The notes beneath the pieces are model-generated. The model was not told the DNA's origin. It searched no databases and saw nothing but the letters and a program-made list of their open reading frames with translations. Position numbers and translations under genes: made by a program. This document shows, piece after piece, positions 28,112 to 37,113 of a stretch of 40,269 bases of DNA (its first letter is position 1; every line of letters starts with the position of its first letter). The DNA comes from Nitrospirota bacterium (GTDB lineage Bacteria; JACPQY01). The DNA is taken from the NCBI GenBank assembly GCA_016180645.1, contig JACPAV010000049.1:1-40269 (forward strand), read 5' to 3'.

Positions 28112-28846
28112 TCAGACTTGGAGAACGCCGATCCCATAGGCATTCTGATCTGGATTCCCCACAAACTCGCGGGCCGCGTACTTCTGCTTGACCTCATTCC
28201 AAAACGTGGGCACTTGCCCGCTGTTGTTGTCGGTTTCTTTCCCGTACCGCTGCCGATGATCGAGGACAATATCATGGAGGACAATCAACCCGCCGCGTCT
28301 CACCAAGGGCGAGTATAGCCGGAAATCGCGACTCACCCCCTCGTAGGAATGGTCGCCGTCGATGAATAACAAGTCGAGGAGGTGGGATCCCAACTCGCGC
28401 CTGACCCTCTCGAGAATGGCCGGCGCGCTCGATGCACCGTGAATAGGAACAAGGCGCTGGCCGGGAACTCCCAGCGACCGGTAGATGAGTCGCCGTTCGA
28501 AGAGCATCTCGCAATCGATGGTGATAAGCGTGGCATCCGGCCGGCAGGCCCTTGAGAGGAGAAAGAAGGTGCCGCCAAACCGAGTCCCGATTTCACACAC
28601 ATATCGAGGGGCATTCTTCTCGACCAATTCCAACAAGGCGACAATTTCGACCTCTTTCTGGGCGGACCAGAAATCTTGACACGCCCGGGTTGCTTTCAAG
28701 GCATCTGCATAGGAGGCTTTATGCGGGGCCAACGCCCACAGCCTCCGCCTCGCCGCCCTCAGGCGGAAGTAGGGCCCCAGCCATCGCATGAGGAGAATGC
28801 GGGCCGCCGAACGGACGCGCTTCCGGAGCTGTGGCGTCATGGCCAC
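28112..28846 (-). CDS. Class I SAM-dependent methyltransferase (Methyltransf_24-like)
   Basis: VCEIGTRFGGT, LLFIDGDHSYEGVSRDF and GGLIVLHD. Start is GTG 28846 or ATG 28840. Confidence 0.88.
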   Translation of the reverse strand: MAMTPQLRKRVRSAARILLMRWLGPYFRLRAARRRLWALAPHKASYADALKATRACQDFWSAQKEVEIVALLELVEKNAPRYVCEIGTRFGGTFFLLSRACRPDATLITIDCEMLFERRLIYRSLGVPGQRLVPIHGASSAPAILERVRRELGSHLLDLLFIDGDHSYEGVSRDFRLYSPLVRRGGLIVLHDIVLDHRQRYGKETDNNSGQVPTFWNEVKQKYAAREFVGNPDQNAYGIGVLQV

Positions 28847-28851
28847 GCGGA

Positions 28852-28906
28852 TAATAGGTGACAGTATACTTTATTTCGACACAATAGAGTATACTGTCAC
28901 TGATTA
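28852..28906. repeat. 55-bp palindrome, copy 2
   Basis: TAATAGGTGACAGTATACTTTATTTCGACACAATAGAGTATACTGTCACTGATTA; 52/55 identical to copy 1 and in the same orientation. Confidence 0.95.
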
Positions 28907-28922
28907 TTCAAGAATATTCCGA

Positions 28923-30197
28923 CTATTCATCGTCGAGGAGCCGGGCGGCATCCGGGGTGGGGAGTGCCTCCACGTCCTTGAGCTTGCGTTCGATGGTGCG
29001 GGACTTGCTCGCGGCGCCGGCGATGGTGTTTCCCACGGTCTGGATCTGCGCTTGGGTCCGCTCCAAAAGTTCTCCGAATTTCCCGAACTCCGTCCGGATC
29101 GCTCCCAGAAGCCGCCACACCTCACTCGACCTCTTCTGGATCGCCAGGGTTCGGAACCCCATCTGCAAACTATTCAGAAACGCGGCGAGCGTGGTCGGTC
29201 CCGTCACGACGACCCGGTAGTCCTTTTGAAGCGTTTCAAACAATCCCGGGCGCCGGATCACCTCCGCATATAATCCCTCGAACGGGAGAAACATGATTCC
29301 GAACTCCGTGGTGTTCGGCGGATCGAGGTATTTCTCCTTGATGTCCTTCGCCTGCGACTTCACGCGCCCCTCCATCTGCTTCCCCGCAGCCTCGGCCGCC
29401 GCCGGATCGCCGAGTTCTTGCGCATTCAGCAACCGATGGTAGTCCTCCACCGGAAACTTTGCGTCGATCGGCATCCAGACCACACCGTGGCCGTCGTCCC
29501 TCCCCGGCATCCGGACCGCGAATTCAACCGGCTCCCGCGAGCCAACCCGCGTCACCACGTTCTTGTCGTACTGTTCGTTCGTCAGAATTTCACTGAGGAT
29601 GTTTTCGAGCTGGATCTCACCCATGATCCCGCGCGCCTTCACATTGCTCAGGACTCGCTTGAGATCCCCGACGCCCGAGGCGAGACTTTGCATGTCGCCG
29701 AGCCCCTTGTACACCTGCTCCAGTCTCTCGTTCACCAGGCTGAATGATTGGGTGAGACGCTTCTCAAGCGTTCCCTGGAGTTTTTCGTCCACGGTCTCCC
29801 TCATCTTCTCCAGTTTCTCGCTGTTGTCCTGCTGGAGCGATCTCAATCTCGACTCGACCGACTCCCGCATTTTCTCCAGGCCCTGCCGCCCGGCTTCGCT
29901 CCACGTGGAGAGTTGCGTTGAAAACAGCCCGAGCTGTTTCGCCTGGAGGTCCGCCATGGCCGTGACCTGGGCGTGGAGGGAATCCGCAAAGGATCGGATA
30001 CCGGCCGTCAGTTCCTCCCGCCCCTGACGGGCCAGGAGTGATGATTCCTGACGTGCCTGGGCCAATTCTTCTCGGAGAGCCCGTGCCGTGGACTCCGATT
30101 GTTTTTCCATCGACGAAATCCGCACGAGGATGACGATGAGAACGGCGAGTAGGACGGCGCCCGAAATGGCCAGGACCGCGAGAAAAGATGGTGACAT
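28923..30197 (-). CDS. rmuC: DNA recombination protein RmuC
   Basis: N-terminal TM and coiled coil; MRETVDEKL, LSNVKARGIMGEIQL, PIDAKFP, PPNTTEFGIMFLPFEGLY and GPTTLAA. Confidence 0.93.
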   Translation of the reverse strand: MSPSFLAVLAISGAVLLAVLIVILVRISSMEKQSESTARALREELAQARQESSLLARQGREELTAGIRSFADSLHAQVTAMADLQAKQLGLFSTQLSTWSEAGRQGLEKMRESVESRLRSLQQDNSEKLEKMRETVDEKLQGTLEKRLTQSFSLVNERLEQVYKGLGDMQSLASGVGDLKRVLSNVKARGIMGEIQLENILSEILTNEQYDKNVVTRVGSREPVEFAVRMPGRDDGHGVVWMPIDAKFPVEDYHRLLNAQELGDPAAAEAAGKQMEGRVKSQAKDIKEKYLDPPNTTEFGIMFLPFEGLYAEVIRRPGLFETLQKDYRVVVTGPTTLAAFLNSLQMGFRTLAIQKRSSEVWRLLGAIRTEFGKFGELLERTQAQIQTVGNTIAGAASKSRTIERKLKDVEALPTPDAARLLDDE

Positions 30198-30299
30198 GAT
30201 TACCGGCCCGATCTAACCATACTCGTCGCGCCCTTGCCAGATCCCTACCAGGCTCGGGTAGGCATTGGAAAAAGCCCGGCTTCCGGTTAAAAGGGGGGC

Positions 30300-33200
30300 A
30301 TGCCCTACTCGGTTTTTCTCGGGGCCTTCCATCCGAATCTCGAAAACGCGTTCGTCCAGCGTCTTCGCCAGGTGCGACGGGAATGCGGTCCCATCGCCCC
30401 CCTGGTCATCGTCACCCCTTCGCGGCATCTCCTCGAGCGACTCCAGTGGGTGCTTGCTCGGGAAGGTCATTGGCTTGCCCTCCACTTCTGCACACTCCAT
30501 GGGCTGGCCCTGCGGATTCTCGAAGACGCGACGGGAGTTCCAGCGCCCCCTCCTTCCGCTCTCATGCTTCGGGAGATCATCCGTGCACATCTTCGCACCG
30601 TCGGGGGCCCCTTGGCCGGCCTGGCTGAACTCCAAGCGGGACCCGATTCCGTGGCTTCGACCCTGCGCGATCTTCAAGAGGGTCGGGTCGACCCCCGCCT
30701 GGCCCACCTCTGGCTGGAAGAACAATCGAACGCCTCAGCCGGGCGCAAGATGGAGATCACCGAGATGGGGGAACTCACCCACGCAAGTGAACTGATGGCA
30801 TTCTTCACCGACCTTTCCGACTCCCTCCTTCGGAAGAACCTCGTCACGGAGGCGAACCTCGCGGAAATGTCCATCGAGCATGTTCCCCGGTCCGGTTTTC
30901 TCGCCCGCGCCGCATGGATCTTTTACTACGGGTTCTACGACCTGACGCAGATTCAGACCGATCTCTTTCACACCATCGCGTCGAATCACGCGGTTGACGC
31001 ATTCATTCCCATCGCCGTCGCCCCCAAGCGCAGGGCGCGTCCCTCCTACGAATACGCCAATCGATATTTCGAGTCCTTCCTCCGTGGACTGGCAAGAGAG
31101 ATCACAATTTGCTCGGATCCCGATCCCAGCCCCCTTTCGGGCCTCCACGCAAGATTGTTCGATCTCCCAACGGGAGAGGCGTCACCGGACGATGCCTTCC
31201 ACGTGGTCAGCGTCTCAGGAGGCGAGGATGAAGTGCGCACCGCGGCCAAATGGATCCTCCGCGCCCACGAGGAACAGGGCACCCCCTTCTCGGAGATCGG
31301 GCTCGTCGCGCGAAATTGGGGCGGTTATTGGAGCCGGCTGCGGCGGATCCTGGGTGAGCACGGGATCCCCTTCACCACCCCCGAGCAAAAACCCGCCGCC
31401 GAACACCGGCTCATCCAAACCCTGCTCGCGCTCCCCAATTTCATGCTGGATGGATTCCGACGCGGCGCCGTGATCGAGCTCCTGTCCAGCCCGTACGTCC
31501 GGGTTCCCGATTCCATCCGCCGCGAGCCGGCCATATGGGATTACGCGTCTCGTCTCGCCGGCATCACCACTCCCGAATCGTGGGAGGCGCGACTCGGGCA
31601 CCTCGCCACAAAGATTTCGGAAGATTCGGAAGACGAACTCGGCCCGGCGGTCCCCCGGAAAAGCATCGAGACCCTCCTTCACATGGTCAAAACTCTCCGC
31701 AAGGCGGTCGAGTCCTTGACCACCGGATCCGCTCCGTGGGCCGATCACGCGCGGCGCCTGAAAGAGATCGTGTCCACGTTGCTCATCACTCCCCCTGCCG
31801 GTGAATCGCCAACGGAGGAGGAGAACTCGATCATGGACCAGTTCACCACCGTGCTCGGAGAATTGGAGATGCTCGATGGCATCCTTCCCGCGGTGACCGC
31901 GGATGAGTTCTACCGGGGCTTGGATCATGCCTTGCGCAGCATCGAGCTTCCGGCCGGTCCGCCGCGATCGGACGGCGTGAAGATACTGACGGCGATGTCG
32001 GCGCGAGGCTACGCGTTCGATCTCTTGATCCTTCTCGGCATGAACTCCAAAGGGTTCCCGCGCGCGGTCGAAGAGGATCCCTTGCTGCGTGACCGCTCTC
32101 GGGGCTTGATCACACGGCGCGCAAGGAAGGAGATCGAAAAGCTCGGCCACTACATGAGGCTGGCCGAGAAAATCGCCGGGCACGAAGAGGACCGGCTCCT
32201 GCTCAGCCTGCTCGCCAATGCGGCACGCCGGCAGATGGTGGTCCTGTATCAGCGGTCGGACGACGATGGCGCGCCTGCTCTGGCTTCTCCCTTCGTACAC
32301 GAGCTCCAGCAGGCAGCCGCCGGTGGGTTGGCCCCTCGCCAAGAGATTCGCCTCCCGCGCCCGGACCGTCAAAAAACGAACTTCGAGCGATCTCCAGTCG
32401 CGGACCTGTGGACGGGATCGTTCACCACACCTCGCGAGATCGCGGTCGCCGGCGCCGCCGTGAGCCGTCCGGTCGAAACCCTCGATACCTTCCTCGAATA
32501 TCCCGTCGAAGCCCTGGTTCGCTCCCTCGGGGCGATGAAGATGATCGAGAGCTGGACGGTCCCCGGCGCCTACGACGGACGGGTCAGGCCGGCCGATCCA
32601 CCGGCGATCATGAATTCCCCCGGGGGATTCTCGCCGTCCCTCCTGGAACGCTACGTCTCCTGCCCTTTCCGATTCTTTTCGGAGAGGGTACTGGATCTCG
32701 AGCCGTGGCCGGACGTGGAAGAAGACGATTGGCCCACCCCGATGCTCCTGGGAAACTTCGTGCATTCCGTCCTGGCCCGGTTCGGCCGCTGGGTGGACCA
32801 ATCGGGGCTTCTGCGCGGAAAGGTAACGGACTGGAGACCGGCGTTTTCGAAAACCTTTGACGAGGCCATCGAGGAGTTCGCGAGCGAACCTGGGAGAGGG
32901 TATCCCACGGTGTGGGAAGCGAGAACAGGTGCGATCCGAAACCTCCTGCTGGATCGGATCATCCCGGCGGATCTGGAACGGCTGAGTACACTGGGGGCCG
33001 ACCGACTCCTCGTCGAGAGGAAAGCCTCAACCCTGCTTGACCTCGAGACCGAAGGCGTCGAACGGCATGTCCGGCTCACCGGCCGGGTGGACCGCATGGC
33101 CCTTCTTGGGCCGCACCAGGCACCCCACGCCGTGGAAGTCATCGATTGGAAATTCAAGACCTCAAAAACGGACGGATTTCTCAAGAGCTGCTGGCAGAAT

Positions 33201-33656
33201 GCCGCGCGTGGGCGGAACCTGCAACCTCCCTTGTATGCCCTCCTCGCCGGTGAAATCCTGCGCCAGGAGGGAATCCAACCGCCCGCCGACGTGAGGACCA
33301 CGTTGGTTCCCATCGGCCCCCGGCTGGAGGGGGACCCTTTTCGGCTGGAGGCTTTCACGAATGAGGACTGGTCCGGAGAACGTGGGGAGCGGTTGACGTC
33401 CCTATTGGCCGGAATCGTCCATCGCATTCACGCGGGTGACTTTCAGCTCAGGCCGGCCGGTTCCCATTCGCCTTGTGACCGGTGCGAGTATCGTATCATG
33501 TGCCGGCGCGACCATCCCCCGTCCCGCCGCCGCGCAGAGCACGGGGCCACGTTCGGATGGCTGGAAACCGTCGCCCGGACGGACAAACCGGAGAGCGAGA
33601 AGAAACCTGCTCGCACCACCCTGTCGAAAACCCGGAAAGCAAAGTCTCCATCATGA
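30300..33656 (+). CDS. addB: AddB/RexB-like subunit: degenerate helicase fold plus PD-(D/E)XK nuclease with Fe-S cysteines
   Basis: YGFYDLT, EVR..A, SPSLLERYVSCPFRFF, GNFVH, GRVDR, VIDWK, LQPPLY and CDRCEYRIMC. ATGA-coupled to addA. Confidence 0.85.
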   Translation: MPYSVFLGAFHPNLENAFVQRLRQVRRECGPIAPLVIVTPSRHLLERLQWVLAREGHWLALHFCTLHGLALRILEDATGVPAPPPSALMLREIIRAHLRTVGGPLAGLAELQAGPDSVASTLRDLQEGRVDPRLAHLWLEEQSNASAGRKMEITEMGELTHASELMAFFTDLSDSLLRKNLVTEANLAEMSIEHVPRSGFLARAAWIFYYGFYDLTQIQTDLFHTIASNHAVDAFIPIAVAPKRRARPSYEYANRYFESFLRGLAREITICSDPDPSPLSGLHARLFDLPTGEASPDDAFHVVSVSGGEDEVRTAAKWILRAHEEQGTPFSEIGLVARNWGGYWSRLRRILGEHGIPFTTPEQKPAAEHRLIQTLLALPNFMLDGFRRGAVIELLSSPYVRVPDSIRREPAIWDYASRLAGITTPESWEARLGHLATKISEDSEDELGPAVPRKSIETLLHMVKTLRKAVESLTTGSAPWADHARRLKEIVSTLLITPPAGESPTEEENSIMDQFTTVLGELEMLDGILPAVTADEFYRGLDHALRSIELPAGPPRSDGVKILTAMSARGYAFDLLILLGMNSKGFPRAVEEDPLLRDRSRGLITRRARKEIEKLGHYMRLAEKIAGHEEDRLLLSLLANAARRQMVVLYQRSDDDGAPALASPFVHELQQAAAGGLAPRQEIRLPRPDRQKTNFERSPVADLWTGSFTTPREIAVAGAAVSRPVETLDTFLEYPVEALVRSLGAMKMIESWTVPGAYDGRVRPADPPAIMNSPGGFSPSLLERYVSCPFRFFSERVLDLEPWPDVEEDDWPTPMLLGNFVHSVLARFGRWVDQSGLLRGKVTDWRPAFSKTFDEAIEEFASEPGRGYPTVWEARTGAIRNLLLDRIIPADLERLSTLGADRLLVERKASTLLDLETEGVERHVRLTGRVDRMALLGPHQAPHAVEVIDWKFKTSKTDGFLKSCWQNAARGRNLQPPLYALLAGEILRQEGIQPPADVRTTLVPIGPRLEGDPFRLEAFTNEDWSGERGERLTSLLAGIVHRIHAGDFQLRPAGSHSPCDRCEYRIMCRRDHPPSRRRAEHGATFGWLETVARTDKPESEKKPARTTLSKTRKAKSPS

Positions 33657-36600
33657 ACGAGCAGCTTCCCGACTCCGAGGCACGTCAGCAGGCGTGGGAA
33701 GGAACAGAGCAGAATCTCATGATCGAGGCGGCCGCGGGAACGGGGAAGACGGAGGTTCTGGCTTTCCATTATCTTTCCCGCCTCTTCAGCCGAAATCGTT
33801 CGTTCTCACCCGGGCGGCCGTTGACTCCAGAGGAAATCGTGGCCATCACGTTCACGGATAAGGCGGCAGCCGAAATGCGACTCCGGATCTCGGAACACCT
33901 CGCTCGGATCGCTTCGGGCTTGCCGTGGGACCCCCATCCGCCGGCGACAGAGGCCGAACGTGCCGGGAGGCTGAGAGCGCTCCTCGATCACGTAGAATGC
34001 GGCCCCGATCGCGCCGCGGAAATGTCCCGAGATTCTCTGCGCCGCCTTGAGCGATCGCGCATCGGCACTATGCACAGCTTCTGCGCCCACCTGCTTCGGA
34101 TGCACCCCGTCGAATCCGGGGTCGATCCGGGCTTTGGAGTCGACAGCGGCGCGGAATTCGATCGCGTCTTCGATGTTGAATGGGAAAAATGGGCCCGGAA
34201 AATCCTTTCGAAGCCCGGCGATCCCGCGCTGCGGACGATCCTCACGGAGTTCTCCCTGCCGGACTTGAAGGCATTCGCGAAATCCCTTTCCGCGCACCTT
34301 CGGCCCGATGATCTGGCTGAATCCCTCGGTGGGCAGGGCCGGGATCCTGCGGCCTCCGATTCGCCGATCCTCCAAGCCGTCCGGCTTCTTGATCCGTTTG
34401 CGAAGCAGACCCGCGAACTTTTCATACGGAAAGGCTTCCTCCCCTTCGACGCCCTCCTCTCCAGAAGCGTCCGGTTGCTGCGCTCCCACCCCACGATCCG
34501 GAAGCAAATCCGCCAGGATTTCCGGGCGATCCTGGTCGACGAGTTTCAGGACACCGATCCGATCCAGGCCGAGATCGTGCTCTGGCTGTCGGGTGAACGG
34601 GATCATCCCCCGAACCCCGCTTGTCCCATGGGTCGATGGTCGCTTGAACGGGGGCGACTGTTTGTCGTGGGGGATCCCAAGCAATCGGTCTACTCCTTCC
34701 GGAATGCGGATGTGGCCATTTACGAAACGGTGAAAGAAATCCTCAGAGCGAATTCAGCCCACCTGCTGTATCTCCAAACCAATTTCAGGAGCGCGCCGGC
34801 CATACTCCACGCATCAAACGCAATCTTCAGCCATGTCTTCCAAGGACCGGACAATCCCCGGCACGTGCCCCTGATGCTCCAGCCGGGGCATGAAGGGCTC
34901 CCAGGAGCGGTGGAGTTGCACTGGTGCGAAACGGGCGACGCGGATGCGGAGAAGGCGGGGGACCTCGAAGGCGCCGCACTGGCTCAGTGGCTGCGCGAGT
35001 CGATCGAGCCGGAGATCACCCAACCGGATGGGACCGTCGAATGGGGACGCGCAGCCATCCTGGCAAGAAAGATGACCACCATCTCACCCATTCTGGATCG
35101 GCTCCGACAGTCAGGCATTCCCCACAGTGTCCATGGAACCAAACATTTCTATGCCCGCCCGGAAGTGACAGACTTCCTGAACCTTCTTCAAGCCATCGAC
35201 AATCCGGCTGACCGGACGTCTCTCGCGGGCGTCCTCCGTTCCCCCCTCGGAGGGTGTACCGACCAAGACCTGCTCGATCTGAAGTTACTGGGTGGCTTGG
35301 ACTATGCAACCGCCGGCAAGAAACTCCCCGCGGGAGTCCGGTGGCTTTACGACGTCCTGGCGGACCTGCACCGGTCCTCGGAACGGCGCACGCTTGAGGA
35401 AGTCGTGGATCTGGCGCTCAACCGCCTTCCGGTTCTCGAAATCGCCTCGGCCGGCTACGATGGGGAGCAGGCCGTGGCCAATCTCCTGAAAATCCGGAGA
35501 TTGGCGAGCGAGGAAGGGGCGATGGGACGATCGCTCCGGGCCTTCGTCTTCGGCATGCGGCGGAGAAGGAGGGATCTGGAAGAGGAAGCCGAGAGCCCCA
35601 TTTCCGAGGAATCGATGGATGCCCTCCACGTCCTCACGATTCACCAGGCGAAGGGGTTGGAATACGACGTGGTCATCGTCCCGATGATGAATCAGGGAAT
35701 CCAGCTTCGGTCCGACAAGACCGCCCGAGTGACTTGGAATCCGTTCCGGAATTTCACGGCGGCCGTCCTCGGTGAATGGAACACGGGAGACGTGGAAGCT
35801 TTGGAAACCCTGGGCGAGCAACTGGCCGGGCAGGAAGCCAGGCGGCTTCTTTATGTCGCGACAACTCGTGCCCGGAAACGACTCGCTTTCTGGGGAACGA
35901 GCAGGCAAGGCGTCCGGAGCAAGCTGCCCCTAATGGGAATTCTCCAAGAGGTTCCCGGTTTCAGGGAAGCCTTGGCCACAGCGGGCGATGGACCCACCCT
36001 GTTCAGGCCAGATGAAGAGGCCATGATACAAATCCGACGAATCGGCGCGCCGGACGCGTCCGAGTCTGGCCGACGGAATATCGCCGCCGCGCCCCGTTCT
36101 CTTTCCATCCCTCCGGATTATGCGGAACGTTGGAAAGCGCGCATGGAGGATCATCGCACCCGGCAGAATCGCCCCCTCTTCCTCAGCCCCTCGTCCGCCG
36201 GAACTTCGGACGCGCACCGGGGACCCGCCCTCCATCCCGCGCCATCTCCAAACTCGACGCATGGCTCCCACCCGCTTTCAGCTCGTCGTCCGTGGACGTG
36301 GGACTTGCGCGAAGCCAAGCAAGGCCCACGAGCGGAGGGGAGGACCGCGCTTCTGATTGGTTCGCTGTGCCACGCCACTTTGATGCGGATGGATTTCACC
36401 CAACCGACGGATTTGGCCCGATGGGTTGAGCAAGCCGGAGCACAAACTACCATCGAAGCCGGACCTGTGCCCGCGGATGCCCTGAATGCCGCAAGGGGAA
36501 TTCTCGATCGCTTTTTGGAATCGGTGGTTTTCGCCGACCTGGCGCGAGCGGAAATCCTGGCGCGTGAACTCCCCTTCATCCGCCGGATGGACGACGGTCG

Positions 36601-36832
36601 CGTCTTGCGTGGCGCCATCGACGTGGTCTATCGGCTTGATGGGAAAATCATCGTTGCCGACTACAAGACCGATGCGATTTCCGGAAAAGCGGCGATCCAA
36701 GAACGAGTCCTGGCCTACGCGGATCAACTCCGCCCTTACCGTGATGCGGTCGCCGATGGACTGGGTGAAAAGCCGCTCGCTCAGATCATTTTCCTCCGGC
36801 CGGGGATCGCCGTTCCGGTTCCTCTCGACTAA
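33653..36832 (+). CDS. addA: AddA-like UvrD helicase/RecB-family nuclease
   Basis: EAAAGTGKT, ITFTDKAAAEM, TMHSFC, VDEFQDTD, VGDPKQSVYSFR, TIHQAKGLE, LLYVATTRA and GAIDVV...ADYKT. Start is ATG 33653. Confidence 0.9.
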   Translation: MNEQLPDSEARQQAWEGTEQNLMIEAAAGTGKTEVLAFHYLSRLFSRNRSFSPGRPLTPEEIVAITFTDKAAAEMRLRISEHLARIASGLPWDPHPPATEAERAGRLRALLDHVECGPDRAAEMSRDSLRRLERSRIGTMHSFCAHLLRMHPVESGVDPGFGVDSGAEFDRVFDVEWEKWARKILSKPGDPALRTILTEFSLPDLKAFAKSLSAHLRPDDLAESLGGQGRDPAASDSPILQAVRLLDPFAKQTRELFIRKGFLPFDALLSRSVRLLRSHPTIRKQIRQDFRAILVDEFQDTDPIQAEIVLWLSGERDHPPNPACPMGRWSLERGRLFVVGDPKQSVYSFRNADVAIYETVKEILRANSAHLLYLQTNFRSAPAILHASNAIFSHVFQGPDNPRHVPLMLQPGHEGLPGAVELHWCETGDADAEKAGDLEGAALAQWLRESIEPEITQPDGTVEWGRAAILARKMTTISPILDRLRQSGIPHSVHGTKHFYARPEVTDFLNLLQAIDNPADRTSLAGVLRSPLGGCTDQDLLDLKLLGGLDYATAGKKLPAGVRWLYDVLADLHRSSERRTLEEVVDLALNRLPVLEIASAGYDGEQAVANLLKIRRLASEEGAMGRSLRAFVFGMRRRRRDLEEEAESPISEESMDALHVLTIHQAKGLEYDVVIVPMMNQGIQLRSDKTARVTWNPFRNFTAAVLGEWNTGDVEALETLGEQLAGQEARRLLYVATTRARKRLAFWGTSRQGVRSKLPLMGILQEVPGFREALATAGDGPTLFRPDEEAMIQIRRIGAPDASESGRRNIAAAPRSLSIPPDYAERWKARMEDHRTRQNRPLFLSPSSAGTSDAHRGPALHPAPSPNSTHGSHPLSARRPWTWDLREAKQGPRAEGRTALLIGSLCHATLMRMDFTQPTDLARWVEQAGAQTTIEAGPVPADALNAARGILDRFLESVVFADLARAEILARELPFIRRMDDGRVLRGAIDVVYRLDGKIIVADYKTDAISGKAAIQERVLAYADQLRPYRDAVADGLGEKPLAQIIFLRPGIAVPVPLD

Positions 36833-36867
36833 AGAGGGGCGTGCAATTGCCGAATCTACAGAGAGGG

Positions 36868-37113
36868 ATGTCTTCGGCTTCAGAATCGCTCTGCCCTGGG
36901 TGTGGGATCGAACCGCCCATTGAAGAGAATCTCTGCCCCTCCTGCCGAAACGACCAACGAATTCTGGGCGCTCTCGCCGCCTGGGTGGAGTCAACCGCCT
37001 TGCAAAGCACGTTTGCCGTTCGGGGCGTCAATCTCACCCAAGCTCTGGCCTACCCCCTAATGAAATCAATGATAGAGGAATTGGTCAGGCAGCAAGCCAC
37101 GGAAAAGCCATGA
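36868..37113 (+). CDS. Small hypothetical protein with a CxxC-CxxC motif
   Basis: CPGC...CPSC. The stop overlaps the next ATG (ATGA). Start is uncertain (36841 or 36868). Confidence 0.55.
   Translation: MSSASESLCPGCGIEPPIEENLCPSCRNDQRILGALAAWVESTALQSTFAVRGVNLTQALAYPLMKSMIEELVRQQATEKP

Noticed and set aside
28040-28906. Integron attC sites or Xer pdif module
   Set aside because: There are no GTTRRRY/RYYYAAC boxes or extrahelical bases, no XerC/D 11-6-11 consensus, and no intI in the window.
32620-33520. Cas4 or a defence nuclease (PD-(D/E)XK with four Cys)
   Set aside because: It is the C-terminal domain of an AddB-like protein coupled to addA, an ordinary repair complex.
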